Source: Rebecca billardiae RCC1528
Taxonomy: Eukaryota; Protista; Haptophyta
Reading direction: 5' to 3'
Assembly (NCBI GenBank): GCA_965240325.2
Contig: OZ251222.1
Location: forward strand, 3,534,001 to 3,598,000
Length of the DNA: 64,000 nucleotides
The position numbers were made by a program, and so were the translations under genes. Positions 53,601-64,000 of this stretch are shown here, piece after piece. Below the pieces are notes generated by a model, which was not told the DNA's origin, searched no databases, and saw only the letters and a list, made by a program, of their open reading frames with translations. Each line of letters opens with the position of its first letter. Within the stretch, counting starts at the first letter, position 1.

Positions 53601-56600
53601 GTGTCGTCGCCGACGAGCAGCACGCGCGTCACCGGGTCGTTGATCGTGCACGTGGCCCACGCGAGCGAGGTGGCGCAGCCGGAGGCCTGGAGCAGGCTCG
53701 AGTCCAGGAAGATCTCGATCTGGAAGTTGACCAGCCTCTCGCCGCCCGTGTTGGCGTACACGCCCACGGAGAGCTGCGAGCCCGACTGCGCAAACTGCAG
53801 CCCGGCGCTGTCGCCGAGGTCGACGTCGTTCACGGCGGGCCGGAGGTTTGGCGAGACGGTCACCTGCAGGTCGGCGGCGGAGGCGGAGGCGGGGAGCGCG
53901 GCGTCGCACGCCCACGCGACGGAGACCGTCGTCGCGCCCGGCGCGTTGCCCTGCAGCGTGAGCACGCCCTCCGCGTCCACGCTCACAGCGTCCGCGTCGT
54001 CCGAAGCGAAGTCAAACAGCTCGGCCGTGGGCACATAGAAGCCGCTGCCGGCCGCGTCGTCCCAGACGGTGCCGTCGGAGAAGGTGACGGCGACGCCGAG
54101 CGCGCGCGTCGTGCCCTGCTGCCCGACGAGGTCGAACGCCTTCGCGCCGTTCGACGCGCGCGAGAGCACGAGCTGCGTCGGCTGCACGGGCGCGGCCGCG
54201 TCCACGGTCACGCCGAGCGTGCTGCCGAGGCTCAGCCCCTGCCACAGCACGTCCAGCTGCGTGACGCCCGCACCGACCGGCCGGAGCTCGGCGGCGGAGA
54301 CGGTGGCGACGGCGGCGTCGGAGGAGGAGAAGGTGGCGGCGCTCGTCACGTCGACGACGCTGCCCGCGACGTCGCTCAGCGTCACGCTCGCCGCGAGCGC
54401 CGCGCGCTGGAAGGACGACGTGCAGCCGATCGCCGAGAGCGTCGTCGCGTCGACCGCCGCCGAGCCCGCGTACGCGGGCGAGGGCGAGGCGAAGAGCGCG
54501 ATGGATGCCACCTCGACCAGCTCGATCGTGAGCGTCTTGTCGCCGTCGAAGCCGGGGACGAGCGCGCCGAACAGCGGCACGCGGCCGTGCACCGTCAGCG
54601 ACGACGGGCACGCCGGGTTGCTCGCTGCGCCCGCGATCACGCTCAGCACGTTGCCGCTTAGGCTCGCGCACTGCTCGGAGCCGTCGGCCGCGCTCAGCGT
54701 GAAGTTGGCGCGCGCGTCGGTGGAGAAGTCGACGGTGGTGCCGTCGTCGTACGTGACGAGCATCGTCAGCGTCGCGCCGGTGGGCAGGCTCACCGGCGGC
54801 TGCGACGCGCCCTCGGACGGGTCGGCCACGCGCGCCGCGGACGCGCTCAACGTGGAGATGGCGGTGGGCGCGGGCACGGCGATCGCCACGCGCGCCGAGC
54901 CGACGGCCGCGGCGCCGCCGGCGGAGGCGCACGCGACCCACGACGCCTGGAGGAGGGGCCCGGACTGCGCGACCGCGTTGGTCGCGACGGTCGCGCGCCA
55001 CGCGTCCTCCTCGCCCGAGCCGCGCGACAGCTCGAGCGACGCCGTCGTCGAGCTGAGCGCCAGCTCCGCATGCGGCACCGGCTGCACCGAGCCGTCGGAG
55101 AGCGTCGCCCACGCAAACACGCGCGCCTCGTCGCCCTCCGCGTCGAGGAGCTGCGCGAGCGCGAGCTCGGGCTGCACCGCGTCCTCGTACTCGGGCGCGG
55201 CCTGCGGCGCGCTGCTCCACGCCGTCTCCTCCGGGTTGAGCGCGACGACGCTGAGCGACGTCACGTTGGCCGCGCTCGCGCGCAGCGTGAGCGTCGCGGG
55301 CGTTGCCGCGCCCGGCGCGCCTCCGGAGAGGCTGATGTTGGTCGAGCCCGCGCCCGCGCCCGCCGCGCCGGACACGTGCCACACGCCGGTGGTGCTGTCG
55401 AAGCTGACGCTCGCCAGCGCGCCGTCGTCGCTCGCCAGCGTCACCTCCGCCGACACGTCCACCAGCCCGTCCGCGAAGCCGGCCGCGAGCGCGGCCGTCG
55501 AGCCGGCGCCGCCGTCCGAGTTGTCGTAGGAGAAGGCGGCCAGCAGCCGCGCGCGCGTGCGGCCGTACGGCGCGTACGGCGCGGTGCACTCGGCGGAGGC
55601 GGAGCGGAGGAGGCCGCCGATGGGCGAGAGCGCCGGCGCGTCGAGCTGCACGCGCGCGCGCCGCGGGTACCACACGCGCAGCGGCACCGTGTCGTTCACG
55701 GCCGCGTCGGCCGCGAGCGCGAGCGACACGCGCGCCGCGGCCGCGCCCGCCGTGTGCGACGCGTCGAGCGAGAGCGCGCACGCCGAGCTGACGCTGAGCA
55801 CGGACGCGTCGGCGGACGCGTCGGCGAGCGCGCAGGTGAACGTCGAGCCCGCGCTGCCGCTCGCCGGCCCGTCCGCCGCGCGCGAGTAGAGCACCGCCGC
55901 GGCGAGCGTCGGCGCGTCCGCCGCGCCCGACAGCGGGCCCATGTTGACGCGCTCCGCGTCGCCGCTGCCCGAGACGTAGCCGACGAGGCCGAGCGGCGTC
56001 GAGGCCTGCACGGTGAGCTGCGCGTCGGCCTGCGCGCCGCCGCGCTCGTCGTCCAGCTGCGCGGCCACGTTGGTCACGAACGGGTTGCCGCCGCGGTTGA
56101 TCAGGTCGTTGACGAACACAGACAGCACCGCCGGCCGCGCGCCGGTCGGCGCGGCGCCGAGCACGCTGAAGGTGACGCTCACGAGCTGCACGTCGGTGCC
56201 CGTGACGTCGGCGTCGTCCGTCGAGGCGGGCACGCCCGAGACGAGGATGCCGAGCTCGCCCGTCGCGTCCGGGTCGCCCGGGCTCACCGTCGGCGTGTTG
56301 TACGCCGACGCCACCGCCGTCGAGCCGTACGAGAGCACGGCCGGGTCGTAGCGCCACGTGAGGCGGAACGAGGTGCACGGGAAGCCGCCCGTGTGCGCGT
56401 ACGCGGTCGCGACGATCGTGTCGGAGCGGAAGCGGGGCGAGTGGGCGAAGTCGACGCGCACGCCGGCGGCGGAGAGCGGCGTGTGCGTCGGGCGCTGCGC
56501 GAGCGCGATCGCCGAGCTCAGCGCCGCGCCCACCGAGCCGCCGCCCGACGGGGTCGCTGTGACGCTCACGTGCAGCGCGCGCGCCTCCGACTGAGAGAAC

Positions 56601-59600
56601 CATGAGGACGCGACGCTGTGCGAGCACTCGGCGAGGCCGCTCGTCTGGTGGGCCGCGGCGCACGAGACGGTGGTCGAGTCGCCCGCCGTGCTCTGCAGCG
56701 TGAGGCTCACGCCCAGCCCCGACAGCTGCACGTTCGTCCGCCCCGACTCGTCGCGCAGCTGGTACGTCACCGCCACGTCCGCGCGGTCGGCGTACACGAC
56801 AGCCGTGCGCACCCACGCGCGCACGCTCGCCGGGTCGCGCCGCTGCACGCGGAAGGCGGAGTTGCCCGAGATGGAGGCGATCCGTGCGTCGGGGCCGCTG
56901 AAGCCCGAGAGCGCGCCGCGCAGCACGCCGTGCGCGTTCGGCGTGCTCCCCGCGAAGAAGCCAAAGCCGCCCGCGTGCCGCGCGCCGCTCGAAGACTCCG
57001 TGCCCGGCACGCGCCGGCCGAGGCCGAGCGCGGACGAGTACACGAGCGCGTGCGCGCCCTCGACGAGTTGCTCGGCCGTGTACGAGGCGGGCGGCGAGGG
57101 CGGCGGCGAAGGCAGCGGCGAGGGCGGCGGGCTTGGCGGTGGCGACGGTGGAGCCGATGGCGGCGGCGATGGCGGCGGGCTGGGCGGAGGCGGTGGCGGC
57201 GGGCTCGGCGGAGGCGAGGGCGGCGGGCGCGGCGGCGCGTTGGGTGGTGGTGGCGATGGGGGCGGCGGCGGGCTCGGTGGCGGTGACGGCGGCACGTTGA
57301 GCAGCGCCACGCTCTGCACGCTGACGCCCACCGCCTCCTGCAGCGCGGTGCTGTCCGTCCCAGCGATCGTCGCCACGACGTCCACCGGCGTCGGGTCGTC
57401 ACTCGGCTGGTAGATCTCGACGTTCACGACGGTCGAGCCCGAGCTCACGGCGACCACGCGGATGCGCGACGCGGCGAAGTCGCAGCCGCACTCGTCCGAG
57501 AGCTGCGCGGCGATGAAGGCGACCAGCGCCGCCTCCTGCGCCGCGTCCCACGAGCTGAGGTCGACGTCGAACTCGTACGTGACGAGCACGATCTCGCCGG
57601 GAGGCGGCGGCGAGGGCGGCGGGTGCGGCGGCGGGCGGGGCGGTGGGCTGGGCGGTGGAGACGGCGGCGGGCTCGGCGGTGGTGACGGCGGCGGCGGCGG
57701 CGGGCTCGGTGGTGGAGATGGCGGAGAGCTCGGCGGTGGACTCGACGGTGGCGCTGGCGGTGAACTCGTCGGCGGAGGGCTCGGCGGCGGAGATGGCGGC
57801 TGCGACGGCGGCGGGCTCGGCGGCGGCGATGGCGGCGGTGGCGGCGGCGGAGCTGGCGGCGGCGGGCTTGGTGGCGGGCTCGGAGGCGGCGACGGCGGTG
57901 GCGGCGGTGGCGAGCTGGGCGGCGGTGGCGACGGCGGCGGCGATGGCGGCGGTGGCGGAGCTGGCGGCGGCGGGCTTGGTGGCGGGCTCGGAGGCGGCGA
58001 CGGCGGTGGCGGCGGTGGCGAGCTGGGCGGCGGTGGCGACGGCGGCGGCGATGGCGGCGGTGGCGGCGGCGGAGCTGGCGGCGGCGGGCTTGGTGGCGGG
58101 CTCGGAGGCGGCGACGGCGGTGGCGGCGGTGGCGAGCTGGGCGGCGGTGGCGACGGCGGCGGCGATGGCGGCGGTGGCGACGGCGGAGCTGGCGGCGGCG
58201 GGCTTGGTGGCGGGCTCGGAGGCGGCGACGGCGGTGGCGGCGGTGGCGAGCTGGGCGGCGGTGGCGACGGCGGTCGGCGATGGCGGCGGTGGCGGCGGCG
58301 GAGCTGGCGGCGGCGGGCTTGGTGGCGGGCTCGGAGGCGGCGACGGCGGTGGCGGCGGTGGCGAGCTGGGCGGCGGTGGCGACGGCGGCGGCGATGGCGG
58401 CGGTGGCGGCGGCGGAGCTGGCGGCGGCGGGCTTGGTGGCGGGCTCGGAGGCGGCGACGGCGGTGGCGGCGGTGGCGAGCTGGGCGGCGGTGGCGACGGC
58501 GGCGGCGATGGCGGCGGTGGCGGCGGCGGAGCTGGCGGCGGCGGGCTTGGTGGCGGGCTCGGAGGCGGCGACGGCGGTGGCGGCGGTGGCGAGCTGGGCG
58601 GCGGTGGCGACGGCGGCGGCGATGGCGGCGGTGGCGGCGGCGGAGCTGGCGGCGGCGGGCTTGGTGGCGGGCTCGGAGGCGGCGACGGCGGTGGCGGCGG
58701 TGGCGAGCTGGGCGGCGGTGGCGACGGCGGCGGCGATGGCGGCGGTGGCGGCGGCGGAGCTGGCGGCGGCGGGCTTGGTGGCGGGCTCGGAGGCGGCGAC
58801 GGCGGTGGCGGCGGTGGCGAGCTGGGCGGCGGTGGCGACGGCGGCGGCGATGGCGGCGGTGGCGGGGCGGAGCTGGTGGCGGCGGGCTTGGTGGCGGGCT
58901 CGGAGGCGGCGACGGCGGTGGCGGCGGTGGCGAGCTGGGCGGCGGTGGCGACGGCGGCGGCGATGGCGGCGGTGGCGGCGGCGGAGCTGGCGGCGGCGGG
59001 CTTGGTGGCGGGCTCGGAGGTGGCGACGGCGGTGGCGGCGGTGGCGAGCTGGGCGGCGGTGGCGACGGCGGCGGCGATGGCGGCGGTGGCGGCGGCGGAG
59101 CTGGCGGCGGCGGGCTTGGTGGCGGGCTCGGAGGCGGCGACGGCGGTGGCGGCGGTGGCGAGCTGGGCGGCGGTGGCGACGGCGGCGGCGATGGCGGCGG
59201 GGCGGCGGCGGAGCTGGCGGCGGCGGGCTTGGTGGCGGGCTCGGAGGCGGCGACGGCGGTGGCGGCGGTGGCGAGCTGGGCGGCGGTGGCGACGGCGGTG
59301 GCGATGGCGGCGGTGGCGGCGGCGGAGCTGGCGGCGGCGGGCTGGGTGGCGGGCTCGGAGGCGGCGACGGCGGTGGCGGCGGTGGCGAGCTGGGCGGCGG
59401 TGGCGACGGCGGTGGCGATGGCGGCGGTGGCGGCGGCGGAGCTGGTGGCGGCGGGCTTGGTGGCGGGCTCGGAGGCGGCGACGGCGGTGGCGGCGGTGGC
59501 GAGCTGGGCGGCGGTGGCGACGGCGGCGGCGATGGCGGCGGTGGCGGCGGCGAAGCTGGTGGCGGCGGGCTTGGTGGCGGGCTCGGAGGCGGCGACGGCG

Positions 59601-62600
59601 GTGGCGGCGGTGGCGAGCTGGGCGGCGGTGGCGACGGCGGCGGCGATGGCGGCGGTGGCGGCGGCGGAGCTGGCGGCGGCGGGCTTGGTGGCGGGCTCGG
59701 AGGTGGCGACGGCGGTGGCGGCGGTGGCGAGCTGGGCGGCGGTGGCGACGGCGGCGGCGATGGCGGCGGTGGCGGCGGCGGAGCTGGCGGCGGCGGGCTG
59801 GGTGGCGGGCTCGGAGGTGGCGACGGCGGTGGCGGCGGTGGCGAGCTGGGCGGCGGTGGCGACGGCGGCGGCGATGGCGGCGGTGGCGGCGGCGGAGCTG
59901 GCGGCGGCGGGCTGGGTGGCGGGCTCGGAGGCGGCGACGGCGGTGGCGGCGGTGGCGAGCTGGGCGGCGGTGGCGACGGCGGCGGCGATGGCGGCGGTGG
60001 CGGCGGCGGAGCTGGCGGCGGCGGGCTGGGAGGCGGGCTCGGAGGCGGCGACGGCGGTGGCGGCGGTGGCGAGCTGGGCGGCGGCGGCGACGGCGGTGGC
60101 GATGGCGGCGGTGGCGGCGGCGGAGCTGGCGGCGGCGGGCTTGGTGGCGGGCTCGGAGGCGGCGACGGCGGTGGCGGCGGTGGCGAGCTGGGCGGCGGTG
60201 GCGACGGCGGCGGCGATGGCGGCGGTGGCGGCGGCGGAGCTGGCGGCGGCGGGCTGGGTGGCGGGCTCGGAGGCGGCGACGGCGGTGGCGGCGGTGGCGA
60301 GCTGGGCGGCGGTGGCGACGGCGGCGGCGATGGCGGCGGTGGCGGCGGCGGAGCTGGCGGCGGCGGGCTTGGTGGCGGGCTCGGAGGCGGCGACGGCGGT
60401 GGCGGCGGTGGCGAGCTGGGCGGCGGTGGCGACGGCGGCGGCGATGGCGGCGGCGGCGGCGGCGGAGCTGGCGGCGGCGGGCTTGGTGGCGGGCTCGGAG
60501 GCGGCGACGGCGGTGGCGGCGGTGGCGAGCTGGGCGGCGGTGACGACGGCCGCGGCGATGGCGGCGGTGGCGGCGGCGGAGCTGGCGGCGGCGGGCTTGG
60601 TGGCGGGCTCGGAGGCGGCGACGGCGGCGGCGGCGGTGGCGAGCTGGGCGGCGGTGGCGACGGCGGCGGCGATGGCGGCGGTGGCGGCGGCGGAGCTGGC
60701 GGCGGCGGGCTTGGTGGCGGGCTCGGAGGCGGCGACGGCGGTGGCGGCGGTGGCGAGCTGGGCGGCGGTGGCGACGGCGGCGGCGATGGCGGCGGTGGCG
60801 GCGGCGGAGCTGGCGGCGGCGGGCTGGGTGGCGGGCTCGGAGGCGGCGACGGCGGTGGCGGCGGTGGCGAGCTGGGCGGCGGTGGCGACGGCGGCGGCGA
60901 TGGCGGCGGTGGCGGCGGCGGAGCTGGCGGCGGCGGGCTTGGTGGCGGGCTCGGAGGTGGCGACGGCGGTGGCGGCGGTGGCGAGCTGGGCGGCGGTGGC
61001 GACGGCGGTGGCGATGGCGGCGGTGGCGGCGGCGGAGCTGGCGGCGGCGGGCTGGGTGGCGGGCTCGGAGGCGGCGACGGCGGTGGCGGCGGTGGCGAGC
61101 TGGGCGGCGGTGGCGACGGCGGCGGCGATGGCGGCGGTGGCGGCGGCGGAGCTGGCGGCGGCGGGCTTGGTGGCGGGCTCGGAGGCGGCGACGGCGGTGG
61201 CGGCGGTGGCGAGCTGGGCGGCGGTGGCGACGGCGGCGGCGATGGCGGCGGTGGCGGCGGCGGAGCTGGCGGCGGCGGGCTTGGTGGCGGGCTCGGAGGC
61301 GGCGACGGCGGTGGCGGCGGTGGCGAGCTGGGCGGCGGTGGCGACGGCGGCGGCGATGGCGGCGGTGGCGGCGGCGGAGCTGGCGGCGGCGGGCTGGGTG
61401 GCGGGCTCGGAGGCGGCGACGGCGGTGGCGGCGGTGGCGAGCTGGGCGGCGGTGGCGACGGCGGCGGCGATGGCGGCGGTGGCGGCGGCGGAGCTGGCGG
61501 CGGCGGGCTTGGTGGCGGGCTCGGAGGCGGCGACGGCGGTGGCGGCGGTGGCGAGCTGGGCGGCGGTGGCGACGGCGGCGGCGATGGCGGCGGTGGCGGC
61601 GGCGGAGCTGGCGGCGGCGGGCTTGGTGGCGGGCTCGGAGGCGGCGACGGCGGTGGCGGCGGTGGCGAGCTGGGCGGCGGTGGCGACGGCGGCGGCGATG
61701 GCGGCGGCGGCGGCGGCGGAGCTGGCGGCGGCGGGCTTGGTGGCGGGCTCGGAGGCGGCGACGGCGGTGGCGGCGGTGGCGAGCTGGGCGGCGGTGGCGA
61801 CGGCGGCGGCGATGGCGGCGGTGGCGGCGGCGGAGCTGGCGGCGGCGGGCTTGGTGGCGGGCTCGGAGGCGGCGACGGCGGTGGCGGCGGTGGCGAGCTG
61901 GGCGGCGGTGGCGACGGCGGCGGCGATGGCGGCGGTGGCGGCGGTGGAGCTGGCGGCGGCGGGCTTGGTGGCGGGCTCGGAGGTGGCGACGGCGGTGGCG
62001 GCGGTGGCGAGCTGGGCGGCGGTGGCGACGGCGGTGGCGATGGCGGCGGTGGCGGCGGCGGAGCTGGCGGCGGCGGGCTTGGTGGCGGGCTCGGAGGCGG
62101 CGACGGCGGTGGCGGCGGTGGCGAGCTGGGCGGCGGTGGCGACGGCGGCGGCGATGGCGGCGGCGGCGGCGGCGGAGCTGGCGGCGGCGGGCTTGGTGGC
62201 GGGCTCGGAGGCGGCGACGGCGGTGGCGGCGGTGGCGAGCTGGGCGGCGGTGGCGACGGCGGCGGCGATGGCGGCGGTGGCGGCGGCGGAGCTGGCGGCG
62301 GCGGGCTTGGTGGCGGGCTCGGAGGCGGCGACGGCGGTGGCGGCGGTGGCGAGCTGGGCGGCGGTGGCGACGGCGGCGGCGATGGCGGCGGTGGCGGCGG
62401 CGGAGCTGGTGGCGGCGGGCTTGGTGGCGGGCTCGGAGGCGGCGACGGCGGTGGCGGCGGTGGCGAGCTGGGCGGCGGTGGCGACGGCGGCGGCGATGGC
62501 GGCGGTGGCGGCGGTGGAGCTGGCGGCGGCGGGCTTGGTGGCGGGCTCGGAGGTGGCGACGGCGGTGGCGGCGGTGGCGAGCTGGGCGGCGGTGGCGACG

Positions 62601-64000
62601 GCGGTGGCGATGGCGGCGGTGGCGGCGGCGGAGCTGGCGGCGGCGGGCTTGGTGGCGGGCTCGGAGGCGGCGACGGCGGTGGCGGCGGTGGCGAGCTGGG
62701 CGGCGGTGGCGACGGCGGCGGCGATGGCGGCGGCGGCGGCGGCGGAGCTGGCGGCGGCGGGCTCGGCGGCGGGCTCGGCGGCGGGCTCGGCGGCGGGCTC
62801 GGCGGAGGCGGCGGTGGCGGGCTCGGCGGCGGCGAGGGCGGCGGAAGCGGTGGCGGCGACGGCACGGCCGACGGCGGCGGGCTGGGCGGCGGCGACGGCG
62901 GCGGGCTGGGCAGCGGCGAGGGTGGCGGGCTTGGCGGTGGTGACGGTGGAGCCGATGGCGGCGGCGACGGCGGCGGGCTCGGCGGCGGCGATGGCGGCGG
63001 CGGCGGCGGGCTCGGCGGCGGAGATGGCGGCTGCGACGGAAGTGGGCTCGGCGGTGGTGACGGTGGCGGCGGCGGCGGGCTCGGCGGTGGCGATGGCGGC
63101 TGCGACGGCGGCGGGCTTGGCGGTGGCGACGGCGGCGGTGACGGCGGCGGCGGCGGTGGGCTCGGCGGTGGAGATGGCGGCTGCGACGGCGGCGGACTCG
63201 GCGGTGGCGGTGGCGGTGGGCGCGCTGGCGGCGGGCTGGGCGGCGGGCTCGGCGGTGGCAACGGCGGCGGAGGCTGCGGGCTTGGCGGTGGAGACGGCGG
63301 TGGCAACGGCGGCGGGCTCGGCGTCGGCGACGGCGGCGGCGGCGGCGGGCTCGGCGGTGGAGACGGCGGTGGCGACGGCGGCGGGCTCGGCGGCGGGCTC
63401 GGCGGTGGCGGCGGCGGCGTTGGCGGCGGGCTCGGCGGTGGAGATGGCGGTGGCAACGGCGGCGGGCTCGGCGGCGGCGACGGCGGTGGAGGCGGCGGGC
63501 TCGGCGGTGGAGTCGGCGGTGGCGACGGCGGCGGGCTCGGCGGTGGCGGTGGCGGCGGGCTCGCCGGTGGCGGGCTCGCCGGCGGGCTCGGCGGTGGCGA
63601 CGGCGGCGGCGGCGGCGGGCTCGGCGGCGGAGATGGCGGCTGCGACGGAAGTGGGCTCGGCGGTGGTGACGGTGGCGGCGGCGGCGGGCTCGGCGGTGGC
63701 GATGGCGGCTGCGACGGCGGCGGGCTTGGCGGTGGCGACGGCGGCGGTGACGGCGGCGGCGGCGGTGGGCTCGGCGGTGGAGATGGCGGCTGCGACGGCG
63801 GCGGACTCGGCGGTGGCGGTGGCGGTGGGCGCGCTGGCGGCGGGCTGGGCGGCGGGCTCGGCGGTGGCAACGGCGGCGGAGGCTGCGGGCTTGGCGGTGG
63901 AGACGGCGGTGGCAACGGCGGCGGGCTCGGCGTCGGCGACGGCGGCGGCGGCGGCGGGCTCGGCGGTGGAGACGGCGGTGGCGACGGCGGCGGGCTCGGC
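41696..64000 (-). CDS. Giant type-I membrane surface protein (5' end outside window); introns 42526-42667 and 42230-42429; apparent single-base indels near 58275, 58865 and 59200
   Basis: The 5008-aa ORF extends upstream into a Pro/Ser repeat array. Two phase-0 GT-AG introns add a TM exon (TILGLVASIVCFVGSCTLAFIVLRRRRK, 42430-42525) and a last exon carrying the IQ motif AAVRIQSAVRARLARE. Confidence 0.85.
42965..47810 (-). repeat. About 52 Cys/Asp-rich ~26-aa coding repeats GCTD..A.NYD..A..DDGSC in two blocks (~25 and ~27)
   Basis: Counted by eye from the translation. The blocks are separated by a non-repeat domain at ~45010-45850. Confidence 0.9.
47810..52575 (-). repeat. Ser/Pro-rich (SPPP)n coding array with 39-bp sub-repeats and a 618-bp internal duplication
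   Basis: The marker GTAAGGACTGCTGCGCGG occurs at 51401 and 52019. 13-aa Ser/Pro units run across ~50020-51060. Confidence 0.92.
57830..62760 (-). repeat. Homogeneous 114-bp (38-aa) coding minisatellite, about 43 copies
   Basis: Unit APPPPPPPSPPPSPPPPSSPPPPPPSPPPSPPPSPPPP. The GAGCTGGCGG marker recurs at 59211, 59325 and onward. Confidence 0.92.

Noticed and set aside
47776-60543. Huge Gly-rich, Ala-rich and Arg/His-rich ORFs (47925+, 47980+, 47776-, 57643+)
   Set aside because: These are shadow frames of the (CCG)n-rich Pro/Ser array. Only the Pro frame is continuous with the globular domains.
1-64000. tRNA/rRNA genes, or prokaryotic operon and defence-system interpretation
   Set aside because: No cloverleaf or rRNA signatures were noticed. 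Spliceosomal introns and COPE/LTV1 show the DNA is eukaryotic nuclear.

Overview
Eukaryotic, extremely GC-rich nuclear DNA with short GC-rich GT-AG introns and compact genes. Signal peptides on the plastid proteins Tic22 and MGDG synthase point to an alga with a secondary plastid, probably a haptophyte (Pavlovales/Diacronema-like; this is inference). Housekeeping-type genes are COPE, a methyltransferase-like protein, Tic22, a SET-domain lysine methyltransferase, Tex/SRBD1, a FUSC-type transporter, LTV1, a PPPDE peptidase, a DDHD phospholipase with PH-PH-PX domains, MGDG synthase and a Pro-rich WH2-like protein. They are separated by AT-richer spacers full of micro-duplications and palindromes. 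The right third of the window is the 3' part of one giant minus-strand type-I membrane protein gene (>22 kb, 5' end outside the window). It encodes Ser/Pro-rich rods, a SEA-like module, a TMEM132-like cohesin/Ig region, a second cohesin-like and a dockerin-like module, about 52 GCTD..A.NYD..A..DDGSC repeats, a TM helix and a cytoplasmic IQ motif; the last two appear only after splicing. A previously unexplained 55-bp TA-bounded element occurs 7 times in spacers. It often sits beside intronless orphan genes, and one copy is split by a CpG-poor 1.6-kb retroelement-like insertion. All domain calls come from motif recognition by eye, not from database searches.
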